32,000 bases of DNA, from assembly GCF_001564455.1 (NCBI RefSeq), contig NZ_CP011391.1, forward strand, positions 1,170,001 to 1,202,000. The letters run 5' to 3'. Below, piece by piece: positions 15,600-25,025 of this stretch (positions within the stretch are counted from its first letter, which is position 1; each line of letters begins with the position of its first letter). The notes below the pieces were generated by a model. That model ran no database searches. It was not told the DNA's origin and saw nothing but the letters and a program-made list of their open reading frames with translations. A program made the position numbers and the translations under genes. This stretch comes from Faecalibaculum rodentium. GTDB lineage: Bacteria; Bacillota_I; Bacilli_A; Erysipelotrichales; Erysipelotrichaceae.

Positions 15600-17180
15600 A
15601 TGTGTACAGTAATCGGAACCCAAAGTTCTCTATTCACCCGACAGGACCTGGAACAGGCTCTGCAAGCCACTATTTCCCGCGGACCCGATGACATGCGGAT
15701 CATCGCCAATGACGCCGGGATCCTGGGATTTCAGCGCCTGGCCATCATGGGCCTCACTCCCGAGGGAATGCAGCCCTTTGAACTGAATGGCGCCATGGCG
15801 GTGTGCAATGGAGAGATTTACGGTTTCCGCTCCTTGAAGAATCAGCTGGAAGAAAAGGGATACACCTTCGCGTCGGACTCCGACTGCGAGATCCTGCTGC
15901 CGATGTTTGAAGAATACGGCACAGACATGTTTGTCATGCTGGATGCGGAATATGCGTGCATCCTGCTCACTGCCGATGGCAGGATCGTCGCCGCCAGGGA
16001 TCCCTTCGGCATCCGACCGCTGTACTATGGTCTTGCTGCGGATGGCCGGCCGTTGTTTGCAAGCGAACCCAAAAACCTGACAGGGCTGGTTCAGGAGATC
16101 CTCCCCTTCCCGCCCGGTCATTATTATGTGGATGGAGAATTCCACTGCTACCGGGATCTGTCAGACGTGCAGGATCATCTTGCGGATGATGTCACAGCCG
16201 CTGCAGAAGGCATCCGGAAACGCCTGGTGGAAGGTGTCCGGAAGCGGCTGGACTCCGACGCTCCTCTGGGGTATCTGCTCTCCGGCGGTCTGGATTCCAG
16301 CCTGGTATGTGCCATTGGTCAGAAACTGTCCGACAAACCGATCCGGACGTTTGCGATAGGCATGGATACCGATGCGATCGATCTCAAGTATGCCCGGCAG
16401 GCAGCCGACTGGATCGGGACCGACCACACAGAAATCATCATGACGAAACAGGATGTGCTGGATGCGCTGGAGCCTGTGATCAGAACGCTTGCGACCTATG
16501 ACATCACCACGATCCGGGCATCCATCGGCATGTACCTGATCTGCAGGGCGATCCGGGAAACCACAGATATCCGCGTCCTGCTGACCGGGGAAATCAGCGA
16601 CGAGCTCTTCGGCTACAAATATACAGATTATGCCCCGGATGCACAGGCATTCCAGGATGAAGCTGCCAAACGTGTGCATGAACTGCACATGTATGATGTA
16701 CTTCGGGCGGACCGCTGTATCTCTGTCCATTCCATGGAAGCCAGGGTTCCCTTCGGCGATCTGGACTTTGCAGATTATGTGATGCACCTGGATCCGGCCA
16801 TCAAGATGAACACATACAACAAGGGTAAGTATCTGCTGCGGCGGGCATTCATGGACACAGACTACCTGCCGGAAGACCTGCTGATGCGGGAAAAGGCAGC
16901 ATTCTCCGATGCGGTGGGCCACTCCATGGCAGATGACCTCAAGGCTCTGGCGGAAGAAACCTATACAGATGAAGAATTCGAAGCCAGACGAAAACAATAC
17001 ACCCATGCACAGCCGTTCACGAAGGAATCTCTGCTGTACCGTGAGCTGTTTGAGAAATACTACCCCGGGCAGTCCAGGATGGTGAAGGATTTCTGGATGC
17101 CCAACCGGGAATGGGACGGCTGCCAGGTCAGTGACCCCAGTGCCAGGTACCTGGCAAACTACGGAGCCAGCGGTGAATAG
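15600..17180 (+). CDS. asnB: asparagine synthase (glutamine-hydrolysing)
   Basis: N-terminal MC (Ntn class II amidotransferase), followed by the synthetase domain with the PP-loop-like LSGGLDSS. Confidence 0.9.
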   Translation: MCTVIGTQSSLFTRQDLEQALQATISRGPDDMRIIANDAGILGFQRLAIMGLTPEGMQPFELNGAMAVCNGEIYGFRSLKNQLEEKGYTFASDSDCEILLPMFEEYGTDMFVMLDAEYACILLTADGRIVAARDPFGIRPLYYGLAADGRPLFASEPKNLTGLVQEILPFPPGHYYVDGEFHCYRDLSDVQDHLADDVTAAAEGIRKRLVEGVRKRLDSDAPLGYLLSGGLDSSLVCAIGQKLSDKPIRTFAIGMDTDAIDLKYARQAADWIGTDHTEIIMTKQDVLDALEPVIRTLATYDITTIRASIGMYLICRAIRETTDIRVLLTGEISDELFGYKYTDYAPDAQAFQDEAAKRVHELHMYDVLRADRCISVHSMEARVPFGDLDFADYVMHLDPAIKMNTYNKGKYLLRRAFMDTDYLPEDLLMREKAAFSDAVGHSMADDLKALAEETYTDEEFEARRKQYTHAQPFTKESLLYRELFEKYYPGQSRMVKDFWMPNREWDGCQVSDPSARYLANYGASGE

Positions 17181-17252
17181 AAGACCGCAAGTTCCGGGCT
17201 GCACACAGACTGCAGCAGGAAAGCAATATATGGAAACGGGAGAGGGACAGGC

Positions 17253-20200
17253 ATGAATCATGAAAACAGACTGAATTTCAGCAATATGGAAAAAGACGCC
17301 TGCGGCATCGGAGCCGTTGTGCGCATTGACGGAACCCCGACACATGAAGTGGTGGACCAGGCACTGCATATCGTGGAGAAACTGGAGCACCGGGCAGGCA
17401 AGGATGCCACGGGGCAGGTCGGAGACGGTGTGGGAATCCTCGTCCAGATCAGTCATCCGTTTTTTGAAAAAGTGTGCGCGCAGGCGGGCATTTCCATTGG
17501 CCGGGAACAGGACTATGGCATCGGTCAGTTCTTCTTCCCCGAGGATGAGCTGGCACGGAACCAGGCGATGAAGCTGTTCGAGACCATCTGCACGAAAGAA
17601 GGCTGCCGGTTCCTGGGATGGCGCCAGGTGCCGATGCACCCGGAGATCCTGGGTGAACCGGCCCGTGCCTGCATGCCGGCGATCTGGCAGGGATTTGTCC
17701 GGAAACCGGCGGATGTGGCAGCGGGACAGGATTTTGACAGAAAGCTGTATGTGATCCGCCGGGAATTCGAAAAAAGCTGCCCTGGCACGTACGTGGTGTC
17801 TCTGTCCAGCCGCACGATCGTCTACAAGGGCATGTTCCTGGTTGATCAGCTGCGCCGGTTCTACCCCGACCTGCAGGATGAAGACTATAAATCGGCGATT
17901 GCGCTGGTGCACAGCCGGTTCTCGACCAACACCACGCCCTCCTGGCAGCGGGCACATCCCAACCGGATCATCTGCCACAATGGCGAGATCAACACCATCC
18001 GCGGCAATGCCAACCGCATGCTTGCGCGGGAGGAAAGCATGAATTCCGCGCTCATGGAGGAAGAATACTCCAAGATCCTGCCGGTGATCTCCATCGACGG
18101 ATCCGATTCGGCCATGCTGGACAACACGCTGGAATTCCTGATGATGAACGGCATGGATCTGGCCAAGGCCGTCATGATCACCATCCCCGAACCGTGGAAA
18201 CACGTCCAGATGGAGGAATCCCGCAAGGATTTCTATCACTATTACGCCACGATGATGGAACCCTGGGACGGACCGGCTGCGATCCTGTTCTCCGATGGAG
18301 ACATTGCCGGGGCTGTGCTGGACCGCAATGGCCTGCGCCCCGCCCGATACTACATCACAGACGACGGAACGTTCATTCTCTCTTCAGAGGTTGGTGTCCT
18401 TGACCTGGATCCGGCGCACATTGTGGAAAAATCGAGGCTGGAACCCGGCAAGATGCTGGTGATCGACACAAAGCAGCAGCGGATCGTGCCGGATGAGGAA
18501 CTCAAGGCCGACTATGCCGGCCGGAATCCCTACGGTGAATGGCTGAACCTGAATCTGGTTCACCTGCAGGATCTTCCTGCCCCGGACCGGAAACCGCGCA
18601 TGCACACACAGGAGCAGCGTGACAAGCTGTACAAGGTGTTCGGCTACACGCAGGAAGACATGCAGGACCAGATCCTTCCCATGGCCCGTACCGGGTCGGA
18701 ACCCACCGCCTCCATGGGGACAGATGTGCCGCTGGCGGTCCTGTCCAGGCTTCATCCATCTCTGTTCCGGTACTTCAAGCAGCTCTTTGCCCAGGTGACG
18801 AATCCGCCAATCGATTCCCTTCGGGAGAGCATCGTGACCGATACCACTGTCTACATCGGTTCGGACGGCAACCTTCTGCAGGAAACCGGGGAAAACTGCA
18901 CGGTCCTGGAAGTCGGCAATCCGATTCTGGATGGCCGGGATATGGACAAGATCCGCAGCCTGGACAAACCGGGATTTCATGTGGAGACCATTTCCCTGCT
19001 GTTTTATCGGGGCATGCCGCTGAAGGACGCCATTGACCAGCTGTATCTCCAGTGCGACCGTGCCTACCGCAACGGAGCCAATGTCCTGATTCTCTCGGAC
19101 CGCGGCATTGATGAATCCCGCATGGCGATTCCTTCCCTGCTTGCTGTGTCGGCCCTGGAACAGCACCTGGTGCGGACAAAGAAAAAGACGGATGTGTCCA
19201 TCATCGTGGAATCCGGAGAACCCAGGACCGTGCATGAATTTGCCTGCCTGCTTGGATACGGTGCCACAGCCGTCTATCCCTATCTGGCGCATGAATGCAT
19301 CGAGGAACTGATCGATCTGGATATCCTGGACAAGGAACCGTCCAAAGCCATTGCGGACTACAATGAGGCGATTCTGCATGGAATCGTGAAAACGGCTGCC
19401 AAGATGGGCATCAGCACCCTGCAGTCCTATCAGGGAGCACAGATATTTGAAGCGGCGGGCATCCGGCAGGATGTGATCGATCAGTATTTCACCAACACAG
19501 TAAGCCGTGTCGGCGGGATCGGTCTGGAGGAAATGGAGGCCGATCTGACGTATCATCACGATCATGCCTTTGATCCCCTGGGGCTCGGGCTGGACACATC
19601 CCTGGATTCTGTCGGCATTCACAAGCTCAGGAGCGGAGACGGCAAGGAGGATCATCTCTATGATCCCAAGACCATCGTGCTGTTGCAGGAGGCCACACAG
19701 AAAGGTGACTATGAAACCTTCAAGGCGTATACCGAGCGGGTGAACGATCCTGCCAGGCCGCACAACCTGCGAGCCCGTCTGGATTTCGTGTATGACAGAG
19801 AGCCTGTGGCTTTGGAGGAAGTGGAGCCGGCATCCGAGATCGTGAAGCGGTTCAAGACCGGTGCCATGTCCTATGGTTCGATTTCCCGCGAAGCCCACGA
19901 GTGCATGGCCATTGCGATGAACCGTCTGGGCGGTAAATCCAACTCCGGTGAAGGCGGTGAAATGCCGGAACGGTATGGTACGGAGCGTAATTCCGCCATC
20001 AAGCAGGTGGCATCCGGCCGCTTTGGCGTGACGAGTGAATACCTGGTGTCGGCACAGGAGATCCAGATCAAAATGGCGCAGGGTGCCAAGCCCGGCGAAG
20101 GCGGTCACCTTCCGGGCAAAAAAGTGTATCCCTGGATCGCCAAAACCCGGTATTCCACACCAGGTGTGACCCTCATCTCTCCCCCGCCCCATCACGACAT

Positions 20201-21767
20201 TTACTCCATCGAGGATCTGGCCCAGCTGATTTACGACCTGAAAAACGCCAACCGGGAGGCCAGGATCTCCGTAAAACTGGTATCGGAAAACGGTGTCGGG
20301 ACCATTGCCAGCGGCGTGGCGAAAGCCGGCGCCAGAGTCATTCTGATCTCCGGGCATGACGGCGGGACAGGTGCAGCACCCCAGAGTTCCATTCACAATG
20401 CCGGTCTGCCCTGGGAACTGGGTCTGGCGGAGACCCATCATACGCTGTCGGCCAATGGCCTTAGGTCCCGTGTGATCCTGGAAACAGACGGGAAGCTGAT
20501 GAGCGGACGGGACATTGCAATAGCCGCCCTGCTCGGGGCAGAGGAATTCGGGTTCGCCACGGCTCCCCTGGTAACCATGGGCTGCCGGATGATGCGTGTG
20601 TGCAACCTCGACACCTGTCCCTTCGGCATTGCGACACAGAATCAGGAACTGCGGAAGCGGTTCCGGGGCAAGCCCGAGTATGTGATGAACTTCATGCTGT
20701 TCATGGCAGAAAATCTCCGGGAAGTCATGGCGGAACTCGGGTTCCGGACTGTGGAGGACATGGTCGGCCACAGTGAATGCCTGAAAGTCAGGGATAGCGA
20801 TAACAGTGGACTGGAGCTGAACGGGATCATCGGCCAGCCGTGTCATGAGCATGCTGTACCCTCTGAGGCCTTCGACTTCGAGCTTGAGAAGACCGTGGAT
20901 GTGGATGTGCTGCTGCCAAAGTTCCGTCCATATATGAAGAAGAAGCCCGCTGTACACAGGGAGATGATTCAGGTGACCAGCACGGACCGGACAGTGGGCA
21001 CGATCCTCGGATCGGAGATCACGCGCCGCTACCGTGACACCCTGGCGGATGATACCTATGTGGTGGAGTGTTTCGGGGGTGCAGGTCAGTCATTCGGTGC
21101 CTTCATTCCAAAGGGGCTGACACTCCGGCTGACCGGAGATGCCAACGATTATTTCGGCAAGGGCCTCTCGGGGGGCAGACTGATCGTGAAGCCTGAGGAT
21201 AACTGCGGGTTTGTGCCGGAGGACAATGTCATCATCAGCAATGTGGCCCTGTATGGAGCAACGTCCGGCCAGGCCTTCATTCGCGGAAAAGCCGGTGAGC
21301 GCTTCTGTGTCCGGAACTCCGGTGCCGAAGCAGTCGTGGAAGGCTGCGGCGATCACGGTCTGGAGTACATGACAGGCGGTACAGCCGTTATTCTGGGAAA
21401 GACCGGAAAAAACTTTGCAGCCGGCATGTCAGGGGGCACTGCTTTCGTGCTGGACCGTTCCCATACCCTGTACCGGCGCCTGAATCAGGAGCTGGTGTCC
21501 ATGGAGGATGTGGAATCCAAAACCGACCGGGAACTTCTCCAGCGGCTTCTGATGCAGCATGTCGCGGCAACAGGCAGTGAACTGGCAGCGGAACTCCTGG
21601 GGGATTTTGAGGGGAACCTGAAAAACTTCAAGAAAATCATCCCTAATGACTATCGGAGGATCAAAGCGGTGATGAAGGAATACGAGGACAAGGGCTATTC
21701 TGCAGAGGAAGCCGAGCTGATGGCCTTCGATGCCATTCATGCCGGCAGCGGAAAGGAGAAACACTGA
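17253..21767 (+). CDS. gltB: glutamate synthase large subunit
   Basis: 1504 aa. Contains the DACGIG amidotransferase N-terminus, an FMN/Fe-S central domain and a C-terminal GXGXG domain (GGAGQSFGAF, GKTGKNFAAGMSGG). Confidence 0.97.
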   Translation: MNHENRLNFSNMEKDACGIGAVVRIDGTPTHEVVDQALHIVEKLEHRAGKDATGQVGDGVGILVQISHPFFEKVCAQAGISIGREQDYGIGQFFFPEDELARNQAMKLFETICTKEGCRFLGWRQVPMHPEILGEPARACMPAIWQGFVRKPADVAAGQDFDRKLYVIRREFEKSCPGTYVVSLSSRTIVYKGMFLVDQLRRFYPDLQDEDYKSAIALVHSRFSTNTTPSWQRAHPNRIICHNGEINTIRGNANRMLAREESMNSALMEEEYSKILPVISIDGSDSAMLDNTLEFLMMNGMDLAKAVMITIPEPWKHVQMEESRKDFYHYYATMMEPWDGPAAILFSDGDIAGAVLDRNGLRPARYYITDDGTFILSSEVGVLDLDPAHIVEKSRLEPGKMLVIDTKQQRIVPDEELKADYAGRNPYGEWLNLNLVHLQDLPAPDRKPRMHTQEQRDKLYKVFGYTQEDMQDQILPMARTGSEPTASMGTDVPLAVLSRLHPSLFRYFKQLFAQVTNPPIDSLRESIVTDTTVYIGSDGNLLQETGENCTVLEVGNPILDGRDMDKIRSLDKPGFHVETISLLFYRGMPLKDAIDQLYLQCDRAYRNGANVLILSDRGIDESRMAIPSLLAVSALEQHLVRTKKKTDVSIIVESGEPRTVHEFACLLGYGATAVYPYLAHECIEELIDLDILDKEPSKAIADYNEAILHGIVKTAAKMGISTLQSYQGAQIFEAAGIRQDVIDQYFTNTVSRVGGIGLEEMEADLTYHHDHAFDPLGLGLDTSLDSVGIHKLRSGDGKEDHLYDPKTIVLLQEATQKGDYETFKAYTERVNDPARPHNLRARLDFVYDREPVALEEVEPASEIVKRFKTGAMSYGSISREAHECMAIAMNRLGGKSNSGEGGEMPERYGTERNSAIKQVASGRFGVTSEYLVSAQEIQIKMAQGAKPGEGGHLPGKKVYPWIAKTRYSTPGVTLISPPPHHDIYSIEDLAQLIYDLKNANREARISVKLVSENGVGTIASGVAKAGARVILISGHDGGTGAAPQSSIHNAGLPWELGLAETHHTLSANGLRSRVILETDGKLMSGRDIAIAALLGAEEFGFATAPLVTMGCRMMRVCNLDTCPFGIATQNQELRKRFRGKPEYVMNFMLFMAENLREVMAELGFRTVEDMVGHSECLKVRDSDNSGLELNGIIGQPCHEHAVPSEAFDFELEKTVDVDVLLPKFRPYMKKKPAVHREMIQVTSTDRTVGTILGSEITRRYRDTLADDTYVVECFGGAGQSFGAFIPKGLTLRLTGDANDYFGKGLSGGRLIVKPEDNCGFVPEDNVIISNVALYGATSGQAFIRGKAGERFCVRNSGAEAVVEGCGDHGLEYMTGGTAVILGKTGKNFAAGMSGGTAFVLDRSHTLYRRLNQELVSMEDVESKTDRELLQRLLMQHVAATGSELAAELLGDFEGNLKNFKKIIPNDYRRIKAVMKEYEDKGYSAEEAELMAFDAIHAGSGKEKH

Positions 21768-23215
21768 TGGGCAAACCAAACGGATTTCTCGAATACAAAC
21801 GGGAAGACAATCCCTGGCGTCCCTGCCAGGACCGGATTCTGGATTTTCAGGAATTCAAGATGGCGCTCCGGGAATCGGAGCGGCGGGAGCAGGCGGCGCG
21901 GTGCATGAACTGTGGTGTTCCTTTCTGTCAGTCAGCGATCGAACTGAAGGGCCGGGTCACAGGATGCCCACTGCACAATCTGATTCCGGAATGGAACGAT
22001 GAAATCTGCAACCGCCACGACAGACATGCTCTGAGCCGGCTGCTGAAGACCAATCCGTTTCCGGAATTCACCGGTCGTGTCTGCCCCGCTCTGTGTGAGA
22101 AAGCCTGTATCAATGGAATTGACGGACAGCCGGTGACGGTCCATGACAATGAACTGTTCATCATTGAAACAGCCTGGGAAAACGGCTGGATGCAGCCGTC
22201 CACCCCGGCTGTGCGTTCCGGCAAGTCGGTGGCAGTGGTCGGGGCCGGACCAGCCGGTCTGGCTGCGGCCGAGATCCTCAATCAGCGTGGTCATTCAGTG
22301 ACAGTGTTCGAGCAGAAAGACCGGGCTGGAGGTCTGTTGATGTACGGCATTCCGAACATGAAGCTGGACAAGTCAGTGGTCGAACGGCGGATCCGCAAGA
22401 TGGAAGCCGAAGGTGTCAGATTTGTATTCAATGCCATGGCCGGCAGGGACATGACACGTGAGGATCTCAAACAGGACTTCGATGCCATTCTGCTGGCGTG
22501 CGGTTCCCGACAGGCGCGGGATCTGCAGATACCTGGCCGCGATCTTGCGGGCATCCACTTCGCTGTGGAGTACCTGGAGCGTGCAACGAGACAGGTGCTG
22601 GATGGCACTCCCTGGATCGATGCCTGGAACAAAGATGTGGTAATAGTAGGTGGCGGCGATACCGGAAACGACTGTGTGGGCACGGCTGTCCGCCAGGGAG
22701 CCCGTTCCGTAACGGCCATTGAAATGATGCCGAAGCTTCCCGACCAGCGGCAGCCTGGCAATCCCTGGCCTGAATGGCCCAATGTATCCAAAACGGATTA
22801 TGGCCAGCAGGAAGCCATCGCTCAGTATGGACGGGATCCGCGGCTGTTTGAAACCACAGTGACGGAAGCCATCGGAGAGGATGGCCAGATCGAAGCGGTC
22901 CGTATTGCCAAAGTCACATTCACTGACGGCAGGATGCAAATCGTGGAAGGATCCGAGCAGGTGATACCCTGTGATCTTCTGCTCATTGCCGCAGGGTTCA
23001 CCGGCATCGAAGGTAATCTGAAGGACACCTTTGCACTCGAGACCACCAGCCGGAATGTCATCGCAACGGATGGATATCAGACAGCGGATCCGCAGATCTT
23101 TGCCGCCGGTGACTGCAGACGCGGTCAGTCACTGGTTGTATGGGCCATCAGCGAAGGGACCAGGGCTGCGCGGCAGATTGACGAGTATCTGATGGGCTAT
23201 ACCAATATCGAGTGA
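21767..23215 (+). CDS. gltD: glutamate synthase small subunit (NAD(P)H-dependent)
   Basis: 482 aa. Contains Fe-S Cys motifs (CMNCGVPFC), VAVVGAGPAGLAAA and VVIVGGGDTGNDC dinucleotide folds. TGATG overlap with gltB. Confidence 0.95.
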   Translation: MGKPNGFLEYKREDNPWRPCQDRILDFQEFKMALRESERREQAARCMNCGVPFCQSAIELKGRVTGCPLHNLIPEWNDEICNRHDRHALSRLLKTNPFPEFTGRVCPALCEKACINGIDGQPVTVHDNELFIIETAWENGWMQPSTPAVRSGKSVAVVGAGPAGLAAAEILNQRGHSVTVFEQKDRAGGLLMYGIPNMKLDKSVVERRIRKMEAEGVRFVFNAMAGRDMTREDLKQDFDAILLACGSRQARDLQIPGRDLAGIHFAVEYLERATRQVLDGTPWIDAWNKDVVIVGGGDTGNDCVGTAVRQGARSVTAIEMMPKLPDQRQPGNPWPEWPNVSKTDYGQQEAIAQYGRDPRLFETTVTEAIGEDGQIEAVRIAKVTFTDGRMQIVEGSEQVIPCDLLLIAAGFTGIEGNLKDTFALETTSRNVIATDGYQTADPQIFAAGDCRRGQSLVVWAISEGTRAARQIDEYLMGYTNIE

Positions 23216-23260
23216 CTGGTTCAGCCTGAACCGCGATACAGCGCTCAGCCATCCACAGGC

Positions 23261-23342
23261 GAAAAAAGGCCGGAGATATGACTGTCAGCTGCATGAGACT
23301 TTCATGCAGTGGCGAGTTATATCTCCGGCTTTTCTTTGTTTT
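23261..23342. terminator. large two-tier bidirectional terminator
   Basis: Outer stem GCCGGAGATAT (23269-23279) pairs with ATATCTCCGGC (23319-23329). Inner stem CTGCATGA (23289-23296) pairs with TCATGCAG (23302-23309). Flanked by A6 on the left and TTTTCTTTGTTTT on the right. Confidence 0.75.
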
Positions 23343-23509
23343 CCGGTGCTGTATACAGACTGCTTGTCTCAGGACTACTGAATGTCTGCTTCAGTCCGCA
23401 ATGCAGGATCCGCGAACGCAAATACACGGAAGAGAGAATGAGTGCAAGTGGAGTCCGGCTGAAAAAGATGCCTGGTAAGCAGCAGGATCCACAGAATGCA
23501 GGTTCTCTG

Positions 23510-24070
23510 TCAGAACAGACCTCTGATGAATATTTCCAGTCCGATGCAGATCAGCAGTACCCCGCCGGCCAGTCCGGACGTCCGGGCAAGCCTGACTCCA
23601 AACCGCTTGCCGATCCATAGGCCGGCCAGACAGATGATCCAGGTGACGACTCCAATCACCAGGCAGAATGGAAGGGCTTCTGACCAGGAATAGGCGGATA
23701 TGGTAAATCCGACAGAAAGAGCGTCAATGCTGGTGGCGATACCCTGGATTGCCAGGGCTGAAATGGTCACGGCTGGTTTCTGGCGACTGCCTGATTCCCG
23801 GATCATGTCTATCCCGATCCAGACCAGCAGGATCAGGGAAATCCACGGAATGAATGGCTGGAAGCCCTGAAACAGTCTGGCTATGGCATGTACGCACAAC
23901 CATCCCGCAAGAGGCATGATAAACTGGAAGAATCCAAACAGCCCGGAGATGAATATCATTCGCGCTCCGGGCATATGGGGTTCGTTCAGACCATCTGCGA
24001 GTGAAACAGAAAAGGCATCCATCGCAAGTCCGGCCCCGAGGATCAAAGCAGTGACAAGCAGAGAACTCAT
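23510..24070 (-). CDS. mntP: manganese efflux pump MntP
   Basis: Start at ATG 24070 (MSSLLVTALILGAGLAMDAFSVSLADGL...ATSIDALSVGFT...). Duplicated DUF204 halves. The start overlaps the LysR gene stop (ATGA). Confidence 0.85.
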   Translation of the reverse strand: MSSLLVTALILGAGLAMDAFSVSLADGLNEPHMPGARMIFISGLFGFFQFIMPLAGWLCVHAIARLFQGFQPFIPWISLILLVWIGIDMIRESGSRQKPAVTISALAIQGIATSIDALSVGFTISAYSWSEALPFCLVIGVVTWIICLAGLWIGKRFGVRLARTSGLAGGVLLICIGLEIFIRGLF

Positions 24071-24948
24071 AAGTCCCCTTTCTCTTTGAGAAACCGGATG
24101 AATGCTTCTGCAGCGCGATTCAGCGGCAGATCGGGTTTCCATACGATATCCGAGAAACTCGCCAGCGCCGGCTGCAGCGCACGGAGTTCCAGTGACTCCG
24201 GGAGTTCAGTGCTCATGGAGACCGGAACCCCGATGAATACCCCAAGTCCTGCCTTGACCATCTGGATTCCATTGAACGAGAGGTTGGTTGTCAGTACTTT
24301 CTGAGAATCCTCATAGGTTCCCTGCATCCAGGAGATGATGTTTTTCTCCACCTCCGGCCGGGACGGAAGAATCAGAGGAACCTGCCGAAGGTCTTCCGGA
24401 CGGATACAGATGCGGGCAGCCAGCGGATGACTGGCAGGCATGACAGCTGCATAGTTTTCAGTATCCAGAAACCGGATCATTTCATAGTTCTGGCCTGGGA
24501 GTGGTTCGATCATGAGGCCGAGATCCAGGAGTCCCTGGTCCAGCTGCGCACGAATCTGATCGGCTGTGGCGGTGATGAGCTCAAAGGAAACCTGCGGATG
24601 CAGGTCACGAAATTCCTTCATGTATGTACCCAGCCGCAGGACGCTCTGGAGTTCCCCGGCACCGATTGCGACCGTTCCCTTGATGTCATCACATCCGCAG
24701 ATGAGTTCCTGCCTTGCCTTGTCCGAAAGTTCAATGATCTCACGGGCCCGGCGGCGGAACAGAAGTCCCTGTGGGGTCAGGGTGATGTGCCGTGTTCCGC
24801 GTTCAAACAGCTGAACCCCCAGCTCGGTTTCCAGGTCATGCAGCTGTCTGGAGAGTGTGGGCTGCGTGATGTGGAGCTGTCTGGCGGCTCTGGAGATGTT
24901 CTCTTCGCTTGCCACAGCGAGGAAATAACGCAGTATTCTAAGTTCCAT
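24067..24948 (-). CDS. LysR family transcriptional regulator
   Basis: MELRILRYFLAVASEENISRAARQLHITQPTLSRQLHDLETELGVQLFERGTR is a typical LTTR HTH, followed by a substrate-binding domain. Confidence 0.92.
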   Translation of the reverse strand: MELRILRYFLAVASEENISRAARQLHITQPTLSRQLHDLETELGVQLFERGTRHITLTPQGLLFRRRAREIIELSDKARQELICGCDDIKGTVAIGAGELQSVLRLGTYMKEFRDLHPQVSFELITATADQIRAQLDQGLLDLGLMIEPLPGQNYEMIRFLDTENYAAVMPASHPLAARICIRPEDLRQVPLILPSRPEVEKNIISWMQGTYEDSQKVLTTNLSFNGIQMVKAGLGVFIGVPVSMSTELPESLELRALQPALASFSDIVWKPDLPLNRAAEAFIRFLKEKGDL

Positions 24949-24994
24949 AGTGGTATTAAAGCATAGAAAAGATTGTTTGCAAGGTAAAAAGCAT

Positions 24995-25020
24995 GAAAAA
25001 GCCGGATCCCTCCGGCTTTT
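24995..25020. terminator. bidirectional terminator downstream of ppdK
   Basis: AAAAAGCCGGA-tccc-TCCGGCTTTTT. Confidence 0.8.
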
Positions 25021-25025
25021 TCTGG

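Noticed and set aside
13421-15709. 762-aa ORF antisense to the type III GS gene.
   Set aside because: It lies exactly opposite a gene with unambiguous homology. Its composition is Arg/Gly/His/Cys-rich nonsense, and it has no RBS. It is a shadow ORF, kept open because the sense strand rarely uses TTA, CTA and TCA codons.
16161-20957. 692-aa and 857-aa ORFs antisense to asnB and gltB.
   Set aside because: Same reasoning: in-frame antisense shadows of highly conserved genes, with low-complexity unnatural protein sequence.
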